A stretch of 64,000 nt of DNA, from contig CP158635.1 of NCBI GenBank assembly GCA_050273025.1, positions 23,064,001 through 23,128,000 of the forward strand, read 5' to 3'. Below the pieces are notes generated by a model. The model saw only the letters and a list, made by a program, of their open reading frames with translations, made no database searches and was not told the DNA's origin. Source of the DNA: Cenococcum geophilum. Its lineage: Eukaryota. A program made the position numbers and the translations under genes. Positions 49,201 to 62,500 of the stretch are shown here, one piece after another. Positions within the stretch are counted from its first letter, which is position 1; each line of letters starts with the position of its first letter.

Positions 49201-52200
49201 TATAGATAATTTAATTAGGGGGTCCTAGGTAGACATTAATCTAGTATAATTAAAGGGTATCCTATATATTCCTAGCTAATATATCCTTTAAAAATCGTGC
49301 GGCTTAGAAGGAGGTTAAGAAGTTAATAACTTAGAGTACTGGCTTGCCGCTAAGATATATAACGTTAATAATAATATAGAAGTTAAAGTTATAGTTATCT
49401 TTAAAGGTAAACTTAAATTGGCTAAAGAACTTCTGGTTTATTTAGCATTAATAGTAGTACTTTATAAGATGCTTAATTGCTTTAACCTCAACTTTATGGC
49501 CTGCCCGCTAAAGAACCTTAAGCAATTAGTAAACAGATAGGTAGCTAAAACGACGGTATAGTTGATATAACTCTGACTTAGTTAAATAGCTCTAAGCAAC
49601 ACTCTTTTCTAGTTAATAAAGGAGTAACTAGGGGTAACCCTACTTGCGTATAACAGGCACCTAATTATCTCCCTAAATAAGTACATTCTTAAGGTTATTA
49701 AGCTTAACGCCTAATTTATCTATATCTTTAATGTAAAATAGAAACGGGGTATTTATAGGAACGACGTGAAAGGTAATATACCCTAAGGGGGTTTGGACCC
49801 TAATTGTGCCAATAAAGATCGTAGTACCCTTGCTAAAATAAATCGTGTGTTAGCCTGCCGTTAAATAGTTAATCTAAATAGAGCTATTAAGCTACTAAAG
49901 GGCTTAAACTTAAGGTTCTCCTACTATAGATACTCCTATAGCTCTAGTATCTAGCATAATACTATAGAAGACGTTCGCTAAGTATCTGTCATTAAAGGAG
50001 AACGCGGAACTCTCTCTTAGCTTATTAAAGATATCTAACTTTGTGGTAAAATGGAGTATAGATTAGTTATTAAGAATAGTAATAGTTTATATACTATCTA
50101 CCTTACTATACTTAGTGAAGTATTGGTTAGGTAAGTACTCCTTAATTTCTATATCTATAAGAAGCTATTTGGCCTTATTAACCTTACCCTTAAGATCTTT
50201 TACGCCTTTATATTAAACCAGGAAGCTTTAGAAGTAGGCCATAGTAACCTTATAATTTCTAACATTTCTTACACTCTAGCGGAACTTATTATATACCTCC
50301 TTTTATTTATTAAGAGAATGCCTAGTTAACTAGTAATTCGGTTTCTTATAAACGTAGCACTTCTTCTAGTAATTACTTCGAAATAAACCTCTACGAGGAC
50401 CTCCACCTTTACCTTATAGTCGTTAATTATACCCTCTACTATATTACCTACCCTAGCCACTATATATTCAATCAATCTAATTATAATTATATTAGTTAGG
50501 CAGGTTAATTAAAGTAGGTTAAAGTTAGGCGTTAAATTGCTATACTTTTTAAGAGTGTAGAGCGGTGCCAACAGAAGATCTTAATTAAGCACACACTCTT
50601 TTATAAGTATTTACAGGATTAAAGAAAGTAAGGTTATATTCTTTAATACCTTAATATATACTAATGACTTAATTACGTAGGCTGAAGTCCTCTTAATATA
50701 ATTTGGATAAACTACATTAAATCGTCTAAAGTTAATTAAAGAGCTTTTAAAGATAATCAAGCCGAGGGACACCTAGGTTTATAGCAATAATCCTTAAAAA
50801 GGTAGTCTCTCTCCATTCTAACATATACTGCTACTTATTCTCTTCTGTTTTAAAGTGGCATCTTAACTTATATATTATGCGGTTAAAATTATATCCTTTT
50901 CCTGCTAAATAATTATAATAGAAGGTACTAGCTCGGCCCTTAAGCATAACGGAATAGGCGTTATAGTATTAATTAGACTCTATTCCTACCTTCTAGCAAT
51001 AGTTATAGAAGATATATAGTTTCGAATTAAGAACATTATATAATTCCCCGCTAAACTTCTTCTCCTAATCCAAATAGAGCTTCGTAAGCTCTATAAGCAA
51101 TTTTAAACTACCTCCAATTTAAGATTAAAATAGAGGAGGTAGGAGTTGCATTATAGGCTGCAGTAGGGACGTAGGTCTAGTCGGTGGAGTCTAAAGGTTA
51201 GTAGATCGCAAAGTAAGGGGATCTTATACTTACTTGTATTAAGAGGCAGTAGTTAAAGTTATAGGTTAAATTAGTGGATTCTAGGGAACTAAAGATAGAG
51301 GTAGAGGTAATAGATATAGAACGGAAGAACTTGTACCTGGAGCAATAGAATTAAAACGCGTCTTTTATAGTGTATTACTTAGATTCTATTGTAAGTTAAG
51401 CTTCCTTATAGTGCGTAGTTAGTGCTTAATCTCTTATATAGTTTATTTATGCTCTTCTTTTACGTTAAGAACCTGCTCCTAAATATTATCTCTAATAGTA
51501 CCCCCGTCCTTAGGGATAAATACTCTATTCTCCTAAAGGAAGTTACGGAAGTCCCGTATAATATCCTTATTTATAGGGGCCTATATTTTCTTTATTTATC
51601 TAACAAAGTCCTCCTTTATACATTCCCATAGCGCGGTATTATTATATTTACTGTCCTTATAATATACTATACGGTATAATAAAAATCCATTTAAGTCTTG
51701 TTTATTAGCGTTTACAAGGTTAATTATAGCTTTGTTTTATATCTTTGGGTTAATATCTTCCTTATACTTCTTTAGGTAGGTTAACGCTATAGTAGGTATA
51801 GAATTAACGGGGTGTCGTACGTTAAAGGTAGGTAGGATTTTCGGTTTTATAGGATCTCGTAGGTTTGCTGTTAAGAGGTAGGAAATTTAAGATATTGTTT
51901 AACGCGTTTTAGACGTTAACTTAGGACCTTAGGTTTAGTAATACTTCTAACCTAAAGTACTTAACCAAATCTTCGTAAACGCGGTTATTCTGCGTAATAG
52001 ACGCAACTTGGTATCTCCTAGTACTTAGTAACACTTCTATTACTAGTTTTCCGCAAGTCTAAGGTAGTATAGTATCGCCGGGATCCATTCCATATAAGCG
52101 CATATAGCACCCCTATATAAGACTGTCTCTTCTATTCAAAAACCTAGCTACTTTATAGTTGACTATATATTTAACCACTAATCAGTATTAGTTATATAGG

Positions 52201-52392
52201 GTGACTTACCAATAACGACTACTTGAGTAGGTTACAGTGATGTTGGTTGATAAAGCTTATTGATTGGAATAAGGAAGGGCGAGGAGCTTAAGGCTCCTCG
52301 CCACGCTAGTGCCGCGGCGACACGTAATGGCAACTTGCCATCACGTAACGGCAGTTTGCCGTACGTGACGGCAAATTGCCTCATTCCTAACA
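46285..52392 (-). mobile_element. Full-length RIP-degraded Copia LTR retrotransposon
   Basis: 207-bp LTRs (46285-46491 and 52186-52392); 5-bp TSD CCTAC. Minus-strand order is gag knuckle (~50340), protease (~49950), integrase (~49560-48900), RT (~48150-47700) and RNase H (~47300-46850). Confidence 0.93.
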
Positions 52393-55027
52393 CCTACTAC
52401 TATGCTATAAAATACAGTAGTAGGCAAAGTAGCTATAGGACCTGTAAACGCCTCGGATAAAGAAATAATTAACGTTTCAACCCCTTAAGCGGAGCTTGCT
52501 ATAGCTAATGCCGAAATTAAACGGCTACGAGAACTGTTTAAAACTGGAGACACCCCTATATCTAGCGTTAACCCATTAAATAGACTTGCTATAGTCCTTA
52601 AGGCCTTAGCCCAACGTACCGTATTAGCATTATTGCGGTCCATAAAGGCTATAGACCCCCTATTGCTTATAAACGGGGCCAACCCTATATTTAATAATTA
52701 GAAGCTTTAATTATAGGATAAGCTTAAAGTTAATACGGATTACTTCCCTACTACTTAAGCTAAAATAGCCTATGTCTTTAGCCGTACCGGTAGAGATATA
52801 TAGACGTACTTATATCCGCAATACGCCTAGGACTTAGTAAAACCCTTTCTCTCTAAGGAAGAAATAATTAACTACCTATCCTTTATTTATAAGGACCCTT
52901 TTAGGGTATAAAACGCCTACCTTAGCTATAAAAGTCTAAATATAAAAATAATGGAGACCTTTTTTGTAACGGAACCTTATAGCAGGAACTATAATGGGCT
53001 TATTAATAGGCTAGGTGTATAGGAAATACAAACTAAAGTTAATAACGTAATAATAACTAGTGAAGTAGTTGCCTAACAGATTAACTCTAATTATATTCTA
53101 AGAATTACTATAAGGAAGGAACTATCTAGGTAGGGACTAAGGGTCTTTAAATACATAACCGTACTCCTATAAAATCCTTTTTATATATAATATACGTGCG
53201 CTCTATCTGCTCTATAATAGATTACGTAGATTATATAGATTATATAGATTATATTATATAACCTTAGTTACTATTCCTCGTTATATAGTTCTATCGGCTC
53301 TATCCTAAACTATACCTATATTAACTAACTAGCTTCTTTCAACTTCTCTTTAAGTAGTTATAACATTGTACTTAAAGCGTTTATAACACTATCTCCCTCC
53401 TCTTTATCTTTGTCCTTAAAGATTTAAAATATCTCTAAGTTATTTACTAGAGGTATAATATCCGTCTAATTAATTTGGTTAATATTATTACTTATTATAC
53501 CTAAAGTAATTTCTTCGTCCTTAACTGCTCGTCGTGCTTACACTATTACTACGATATTGTCTCTTAGTGAGATTATACTATCTCTATATTCTTATTGTTC
53601 GAAAAAGGGGTTAGTCTATATTACGTTAGTAAGTCTATCTTCGCAATAACCGTCCTCTTATTTAGAGTACACTAAAGCAAATATTTATTTATCTTATGAC
53701 GTTCGCTCCGTCTCTAATGCTAAATATACGCAACCTATTACTCTTAATACTTGTCTAGTTCCTTAATTAATTTATCTTAGGGTCTTATATTTAATCTACT
53801 ACTATATAGCTAGATAATAAACTATCTATTACGCTAGCGGAGTTGCGCCATTTTTATAATGCAGAACGGGAGGTTGCCAATGCTCAGTAATGGGCCCTTA
53901 AGTCTTGTCTTATGGCGTCCGCTTAGTTAATCTGTCTTAAAAAGGTTTATAAAAAGGTTTATTTTAAGGAGTAGAAACTTATAGAATAAGGTTTATAGAA
54001 ACTTAGTAATAAAAGAACGGATTCTCTTCTAATAGAGAAGGAAATAAATCTAAGTAGTTCAGCAACTGCTCTTCTTAGGTCCCCCTTAGGTAACTTATTC
54101 TTTAGCGATCCTTTTTTATTAATGCTATCTAACCTAATCTCTTCTAATACTCCTATACCTTTTTTATAATATTCTTTAAATTCTCTAGTAGTTTTTAGGT
54201 AGTCTTATTATAGCCTATCCACTTAACCTTATACTATATTTTATTATTAATGTCCTTATAACTAATAATCTTTAAAACTTACTATTTGTCTTCTTTCTAT
54301 CCTCTATATATATCTACTTCGTAAACCGGTAGCTTAATATTTCTATATACTGGCTTTAGTATTATAATATGCTATATAGAGTAGATCTTTATCTTAGCTA
54401 GTAGGTTCAACTTAAATATAACTAGTAAAATCTTTTATATAATTTTAAAAGGTCCTAGTCTAATATAGTCTAACTTCTTACTTAATTGTTAACTTTTAAA
54501 AAATTTGTATAGTAGCTATACTTTATCTCCCTCCTTAAGATCTAGTCCCTTAGATCTCTTAGTATTATAGTACCTTTTTATTTTCTCTTATACTTTCTTT
54601 ACTAATTCTATAAGGTCTATATAAAGATTTATTAACGTCTTTATTCTTTCCTTAGCTATGCTACTCGTTTTCTTTACTTACTGTGGTGATAATAATGTTC
54701 TTAGCTTATACCTGTAATTTGCCTTAAATAGTAATATACCTATTCCTTCTTAAGGTGTTATATTATATATAAACTATATAACTAGTAATAGCGATACCTA
54801 ATTGTTCTATGCATGATTAATATAATGCCTTAGATACTGCTTTAGCGTTTAATTTAATCTTTCTATCTAACCGTTTGTCTGCGGATAATATACGGTAGAA
54901 GTTGCTACTTAAACTCCTTACTCTACTAAGAATACTTTCTAGAATATTGCTATAAATCTTAGATCCCTATCCAATATAATTTTACTTAGTGCTCTATATC
55001 TTGTAAACACTTCTTTAATATAGATTC

Positions 55028-55300
55028 TGTAAGAGTATATATATTAGGTCCCGCCGCGCTTGCGACAAGTTCGCAAGCACTCTTAGTCTTTTTGGCCGTA
55101 TGGCGACGTGGAGGCGGGCCACGTTACAATTGTGCTTGCGAACTTACTGGGGCTAGGTGTCATGGGTTCGATCCCCATCGGTCACTTCGCTCTGGTATAG
55201 TCTAACGCGCATCCGTGCGATAAGGCGTCGGTGAAGATTCCGATCGCTTATGTTACTAGGGACTAACTAATATGGTGATACTCTTGGCGTTTGATCCCTG
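55028..55300 (+). other. GC-rich structured insert with Pol III A/B-box-like motifs replacing part of the integrase
   Basis: TGGCGACGTGG (55101) and T-arm ATGGG-TTCGATC-CCCAT (55162-55178); several perfect hairpins; complementary ends. Confidence 0.55.
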
Positions 55301-57180
55301 TCTTCTACGAACTATTCTACTATGCTTTTTAGGATGTACTTCGCTTCTCGATTTTCGTATATATCCGTCTATAGATCTTCTAGCTATGCTTTTAGAATCC
55401 TTTATACCTAAAAGCTTTCTAGTATTTTATAGACTTTCTCTAGTTCGTTATCTTCCTAAGTTGCTATAATTTTTGGATAATTGTACCTAATTAGTCTATC
55501 TATATCTTTTCGTAGTAAAGCCCCTAATGGCTTTTTATTATTTTATAGTTTAGCTTTTTAACTTAGAGCGTCTGCTCGCGTGTTGTCTGTACCCTTAGTG
55601 TACTAAATCTTAAAATAGTATTTTATAAGCATCTCTACCTATCTAACCTATCTTTAGTTAAGTTCCTTTATTATTAGGAATCCTATTAGGTTCTTATAAT
55701 CCGTCTTAACTATAAATAGTTTCTCTATGCCTTATAAGAATGCTCTCTATTCCTTAAGTGCTATAACTATACCCAATAACTCCTTATTATAGATGTTATA
55801 GTTTAACTCTAGTGGTGTTATCTTCTAACTATAGTATGCTACTAGGTGCTATTTATCTTGATATTTTTATATAAAGTATGCCCCTAGTATATAGTCTAAT
55901 GTATCCGTCTCTACAACCGTTTCTAACCCTAGTTAATAGATCTTAAAAACTGGCTCCTGGGTAAATAATTCCTTAACTCTCTTAAACAGTTCTTATTATT
56001 CCTCTCCCTATACCTATAGTTCTTCTTTCTTCGTTAATTACGTAAACGGCTTAATATCCTTTAACTATTACGCTATAAACCTTCTATAGTAATTGCAAAA
56101 CCCTAGGAACAATCTTAACTATATAACGTTCTCTAGTTCTTACTAATTTACTATAGCCTTAATCTTCTTTAGATCTATACTAAGTTAGCCTAGTTTAATA
56201 ATAAATCTGATAAAATCTATCTTTCTTATAAAAAACTTGCATTTCTTAATTACTACTAGTATCTGTTCTTTTTATAGTCTCTTTAAAACCTATTTAACGT
56301 GTTCCCTATATTCTTCCTTAGTTATTAAGTAGATAATAATATTGTTAAGGTATACCATAATAAATTTATCTAAGTATTTTCCTAATATATTATTAATACG
56401 CTTCTAAAACGTTGCTAGTGCGTTTATAAGCCCGAATTGTATAACTAATAGTTTGTATAGTCCTTCCTTTAATGTCCTTCCTTTAATTTAAAAGCTGCTT
56501 TTTATTTATCGCCTTCCTTAATCCTAACCTAATAGTACGCCTATCTCAGATCTATCTTTATAAAGATTTGCGCGTTGCCTATTCTATCTTAGATTTTGCT
56601 AATTAAGGGTAAAGGATACCTATCCTTTCTAATAATGCTGTTTAACTATCTATAGTCGATATATAGCCTTAGTTTGCTATTCTTCTTTAGTACGAATAGT
56701 ACTAGATAACCTGCTAATAACTGCAATGGTCTAATATATCCTTTTCGTAAGTTCTCCTAGATAAACTCTTTAAGTGCTTTACCTTCTTCTTTGGTAAGCT
56801 TATAGATTAGAAAGAATCTTAGACTTATTCCTAGTTCTAATTCTATCTTATAGTCCTATACTATATACTCTAATAGCTTTTTACTTTCTGGTAACTATAG
56901 TTCCTTACTATACTTATAGTATTTTTTTGGTATATAACTTAAGCCTTACTTAGTCTCTTTATATATCGCTCTAACTTAGTACTATACTAACTTAGCTTAT
57001 TATTATATCTTACGGCGTTAAGTATCCCTAATATTGACTTAACCTATAATCTAATTAATCTTTGGATTATATTTCTATAACTAAGGCATCCCTAATACTG
57101 CCTTATCCCGTCCTAATAGTAAGATATTAAAAGATATCTTAATTTATCTTCCTTTAATGGTTATCTAAATAGGTCCTATC

Positions 57181-59576
57181 TATCGAAATAAGCTATATAA
57201 TATCAGCAAAGGAAATAAAGGACGCTATACAAAAGCTTCCTACTAGTAAAGCGCCAGGGCTAGACAAGATCCCAAACGAGGCAATTAAAGCCGCGGCAGA
57301 AGCGATAGCAATACTACTCGCTAAGGCCGCAACTACCTGCCTCCAGAGAGGCGAACTACCCAAATGCTTTAAAGCAACAACTACGGTTGTCCTACGAAAG
57401 GTAAAGAAAAAAGACTACTCCCTCCTAGGAAGCTACCGCCCAATTGCCCTAGAAAACACCCTAGGAAAACTCCTAAAAAAGATAGTTATAGAACGCATAC
57501 AAGAAGCGGCAGAAGCATAGGAGCTGCTACCGTGGACACAAATAGGCGCAAGAAAGAAACGATTGACCCTCTTAGCTCTCTCCCTAATTACCTTTAGCGT
57601 CCAAGCGGCATGGCAAACCCACCTAAGATGCACCGTATCTATACTAAGCCTAGACCTAAGCGGAGCCTTTAACAACGTATTACACGAGAGACTCCTATAG
57701 ATCCTAAGAAAGAAAGGACTTCCAGATTGGATAATTAAGTTTGTTCAAGCCTTCCTAATAGGGCGTACCATAAAGATTGTAATTAAGGGCTACGAAAGCG
57801 AACCAATCCTAACACCTATAGGCATCCCGTAGGGATTACCCCTATTATTAATCCTATTCCTCTTCTTTATATCCGAACTACTAGAGACATTTAATAACAG
57901 CTAAGACATAATAGCCCTAGGAGTTGTAGACGATACGAACCTAATTACATGGGGAAACACAGCAATAGAAAACTGCGCTAGGCTAAACCAGGCGCACGAT
58001 AGGTGCATCGCATGGGCAAAACAACACGGCGCTAAATTTGCACCAGATAAATACCAGCTTATCCACTTTATAAGAAAAAGAAGGGTAAGTAGCGACCTAG
58101 CCTTAATAGTAAACATCTAGGGCTGCGAAGCAAAACCAGAAGCTACCCTTAAGGTCCTAGGAGTCTGGGTGGATTCTAGATTAAACTGGAACAAGTATAT
58201 TACACAGGCGACCCGCAGGGGAGTAGTAGCATTCTCGGCAGCATTACGAATTGCTGCCTTAACTTGGGGACCCTCTTTTAGACACATACGCCTACTATAC
58301 ATAGCTGTAGTAAGGCCAACAATGCTATACGGCTCCTAGATATAGGGCCTAGGACTAGATGGTAAGGGGCTAATAAAAAGCTCCCTAGTGCTACTAACTA
58401 AGCTATAAAACTAATGCCTATGTAGAACTATAGGGGCCTATAAGAGAACACTATATATAGCACTAGAACGCGAAGTAGTAGTTCTACTACTAGACTTATA
58501 TATTAATATAACTGCAATATAAAGAGCAGTTACAGTATAAGGCTAGCCGGTAGAAGAAAATATACGCTAAACGCTAAACTATATATAAGGAGTGAGATAT
58601 ATATAAAGAGTGAGACATACACAAGGAGCGAGGGCCCCTTAAAGGGGCGATACGCCTAAATATACTAGCTAGGAAGCCCTTTACCTGCGAGTAGTAGAGA
58701 AAGAAAAGGAAATATAGGAGTTATTAGCCTACTAGGCAGAGACCCGAAGCCATACTGGTAGAGCGCCATAATGGCGACGATAGAGGATAGAAGGCCATTA
58801 ATATAGATGGAGGTCCACCACACTAATAGCAAGATGGGCAGACCTTAAGTGGAAATGACGATGGAAGGAGGAAGCGAGAATATAAGACGCAGCCATATAG
58901 AACACCCTATGGTTGATACCGACTCTCCCCCTATATAAAGGACTAACGAAGGCAGAAGCTATAACCGCCTTCCTACTAAGGATGGAGATCCTAGGCTTAA
59001 ATGCATGGCTTACGAGCATCCACGTCCTAAATACCACACCCCAATGTATATGCGGTTGGCCTGCCCAGTTAGTGCGCCACATACTACTATTCTGCAGCTA
59101 CCGCTTAGTAAGGGACTAGCTACTCGCTAGCGTAGGTATAAATAATATTACCTAGATGCTATCCATAAATAGGGGCCTATAAGTAGTAGCAAAATGGCTT
59201 ATAGGATAAGGAATCCTCTAGTAGTTCTAAACGGCACACGAAATCTAATAGGAGGACACTAAAGGACATGCCCTATTCCGGTCCCTTAGGGACTGGTTAC
59301 CCCCCGCCTAGCCATAGGTGACACACTAGCGAGGCGCTAGACCCTCCCACTCCCCCTATTCTTTAGATCTTCTAATATACCTAGGAAGTATAGTATGTAA
59401 GGCAGACTAAAAGATATAAAGATATACTGGCTAGGCGAAGGCGGAACGCGTAGGACTAGCTGAATTAAAATACCTAGGTTTTTCCCCTTTATGGGGATTT
59501 TTCCTATATAGAAAAGTAGTAGCCTGTATGGACCTAAAAAGGGACCGAATCGGGCAATAAATAGAATTAATAATAA
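57181..59576 (+). mobile_element. 5'-truncated LINE (Tad1-like) nested in Gypsy B
   Basis: RT motifs SAPGLD, SYRPIAL, LDLSGAFNNV, GIP*G and VVDD; C-terminal CICG..RHILLFC; TAA-repeat tail; 14-bp TSD TAAATAGGTCCTAT (57166-57179 and 59577-59590). Confidence 0.93.
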
Positions 59577-62500
59577 TAAATAGGTCCTATTTTAAGGTTA
59601 ATAATCCCTCCCCTATAGGCTATTAGATCTCCTAAAATTATAACTAATAGGTAAGGTTGCTCCTTTTATCTATAAGGTAAACCTATTCTCTTAACTACTG
59701 CTAGTAAGATATAGTTTTACGTTACTCTACTATCTATTAGCGCTTTAAACTGCTAATCTTACTATTCTACTTATAAATTTAGGTGTTGTCCTTAAATTCC
59801 TTTAAGGGTCTAAGGTTCTATTATTAGCTCCCTCTAGTTTTATAGGCCTCTACTTTTCCTAACTATTGGCTGCTTAATCCTATTGCACTTAGCTTACTCT
59901 TTAGCTAATACCTAGTTCGCTTTTTGTCTTTAATATACTATAGATATATGTTCTTTAGGCATTTCTACTACTATTGTCCGTCTAAGTATTCTTCCGTAAG
60001 GAATCTTCCTAGTTAAAGTATTAAATCTCCTTCCTCTTAAACTTCTGCTGGATGCTAGCTATATATATACTTGGTATTCCTATACTATTGTTTATCTATT
60101 ATTCAGTATATCCTTATAAAGTATTTCCGATTCTTTTCTTTTAGATTCTTATATATCTTATATATATCGTCTATATATGCAATCTATAATAGCGTGTAGT
60201 ACGCTAGGTGCTTTAGGTTAACTCTTAACTTATTTTTATCTTTAAGTTTAAACCTTTACTGTGCTAATCTAAACATTATAACTTTATTTATAGGTATTAA
60301 GATACGTCTCTTACTTCTCTAGTCCTCTAATCGTTCCTCTAGATCCTTTAATATTATAATTAAGGCTCCTTTAATATAAGTTATAGCCTTCTCTATAATT
60401 AGGTGGTTCTAGATAACTTTTTTATCTAACTATATATATAAGTCTTCCTACTTATCGTTGTGTTATTGCCTATACTACTTTTAGTATAGCTGCTGGAGTA
60501 TATACGGCTTGTCCGTAAGGAAGTATCTTCTTATTACTACGTTATAATAGCCCTTTATATATCGTTCTTTAAATCTAGTAGGGATCCCTAAATCCTCTTT
60601 ATTTTCTAGTTTGGTAAGCTACTTAGCTTTTAATATACCTACTCTCGGCCTATTAGTAATTCTTTATACTAGCGCTCTATTCCTTATACGTCCTAATATA
60701 CTAGATCTCTTATCTAGTTTCTATTTTTGCTATATAATAATTCTTTGCCTAAACTCTTTTATAGTTTTTTTTAGTTTACGTCTTATAGACTAATCTTTAA
60801 AGTCTTCTTGCTTCTTAATCTTAGTATTAACTTTTTAATCTTTAGGCCGAATACTATATTCCCCTAGTAAGTCTTCTAGGTCTATATATCTATCTCCTAG
60901 TCTAATTGCTATTTACGCTATAGATTCTCTAATCTATAAAGAAGCTTTTTGCCTCTTACTTATAGGTGTCCTAATTCGTGCTCTAAATTCTTAACCCTTT
61001 AGATTCTTTAATCCTAAGCTTGCTTTTATCTTAAGCTTTACTCTAGCCTTAGTCTAACTAGGCTTATTTAGTGTTTTTATCTCATCTTAAGAGTCTTAAA
61101 TCTCACTTATCTTGTCTTAAGAATCTTATGCCTTTAGGAAACTTTGTCCTAAGCTTATTTATATATTACTAAACTAAGCTATTACTCTACTCCATCGGCT
61201 ATTGTCCGTTATAGGTCCTTAAGCTTACCTTATCTCGTCTTAAGAATCTTAGTCGTCTTATATCTCGTCATAAGAATCTTAAGCTTGTGGCCTTTTACCT
61301 TTATTAAGTGCCGAAGTGGCTCGCTGTCCTACTTCTCTTACGTTTTATAAAGCGATAGATATCGTATCTAGTAGGGTCTTAATCCCTACTAATATTCCCT
61401 ATTCTATAGTGGAATTATCCTCTACCTCTAGTATAATATCTTTAATAGCTACGTGTTCCTAGTAAACCGCCTTTATTACCTTATTATTATAGAATATTTT
61501 ACCTATATTAAATTTATTATCCTTAATATCCAATCTGCGAACTGGTTTATTAGTTCCTTAATATTTTAATAAACTTAGCTCCTATAGCCAATAGCTTACG
61601 CCATACTTAGCGTCCTTATAAATTCAGTATGCGTTATTATAACAAAACGTAAAACTTCTAATTAAACATTTTTTTGTTTTTTATAGTATATTATCGTCCC
61701 TTTATATATATATGTCGTCTGCTAGTTTCGTTCCTTTTACTACGTAGTAACTCTACCTACTTCTATAGTCTCTAATATAATAACCTTATTTTCCGCAATT
61801 TATATAAGCTCCCTCTTTAAACCATTTTTCTTGCTATAGAGTCCGCCTAAATATCTTCTGCTATTAAGATTTCTAATTTAGCCTCTGCTCCTTAGACCTC
61901 TAATTACTTAATCCTTATCCTCTAGGTTTCTATAATCGTTTACTCTATCTCTTATAGGCTTCTTTAGTACTACTTAGGTCTATTAGCTCTGCGCCATACT
62001 ATAGTTTTTAACTTAGCTTTGGTTATTGCGTGCTCTACACCTTATATAACTATAGAACTCTATCCTAGCCTCTCTTAGCCTGTTCCCTTTAGTAGATCTA
62101 ATTATTAATCTTAATTACTTAATCTATTAGTTCCCTTAGGGTATCCACATCTTCTATTAGGATAATTACGTCCTAGACTTTAGCCTTAAGTCCTTATTTA
62201 TACTGTGCTATAAGCGCCCTATTATTTTACTTTACTTACGTTGCTAACATCTAGAACTGCGTTGTGTATTTAATTGCTAAGGTTTATTACGTAATATCTT
62301 GGAGTTTTCTTTCCGCTATAGTTACTACCTCTAGGTCTCCAAATATTTATATAAGTCGCTCTACAAATCTATTTTAGCTTAAGAATATAAACCATACCTC
62401 TTGGTTTGTAGTTATTATTCTATTTACCTAGATTTCTATAAGGTAAGGCTTAAACCATTTAAGTACTCTTTCTGTTAGGAACAATCCTATATACGCTATT

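Noticed and set aside
55092..55185. Bona fide tRNA gene
   Set aside because: T-arm and acceptor-like pairing are present, but there is no convincing anticodon arm, the D-loop is oversized and there is no oligo-T terminator directly downstream.
55028..55300. Group I intron, hammerhead or HDV-like ribozyme
   Set aside because: Only partial look-alikes (GGTATAGTC; CCTCCACGT on the minus strand); the required P3/P1 pairings or the CUGANGA/GAAA core could not be built.
44867..60793. Short ORFs in the AT-rich region as host genes
   Set aside because: They are Leu/Ile/Tyr-rich artefacts of RIP or fragments of transposon frames.
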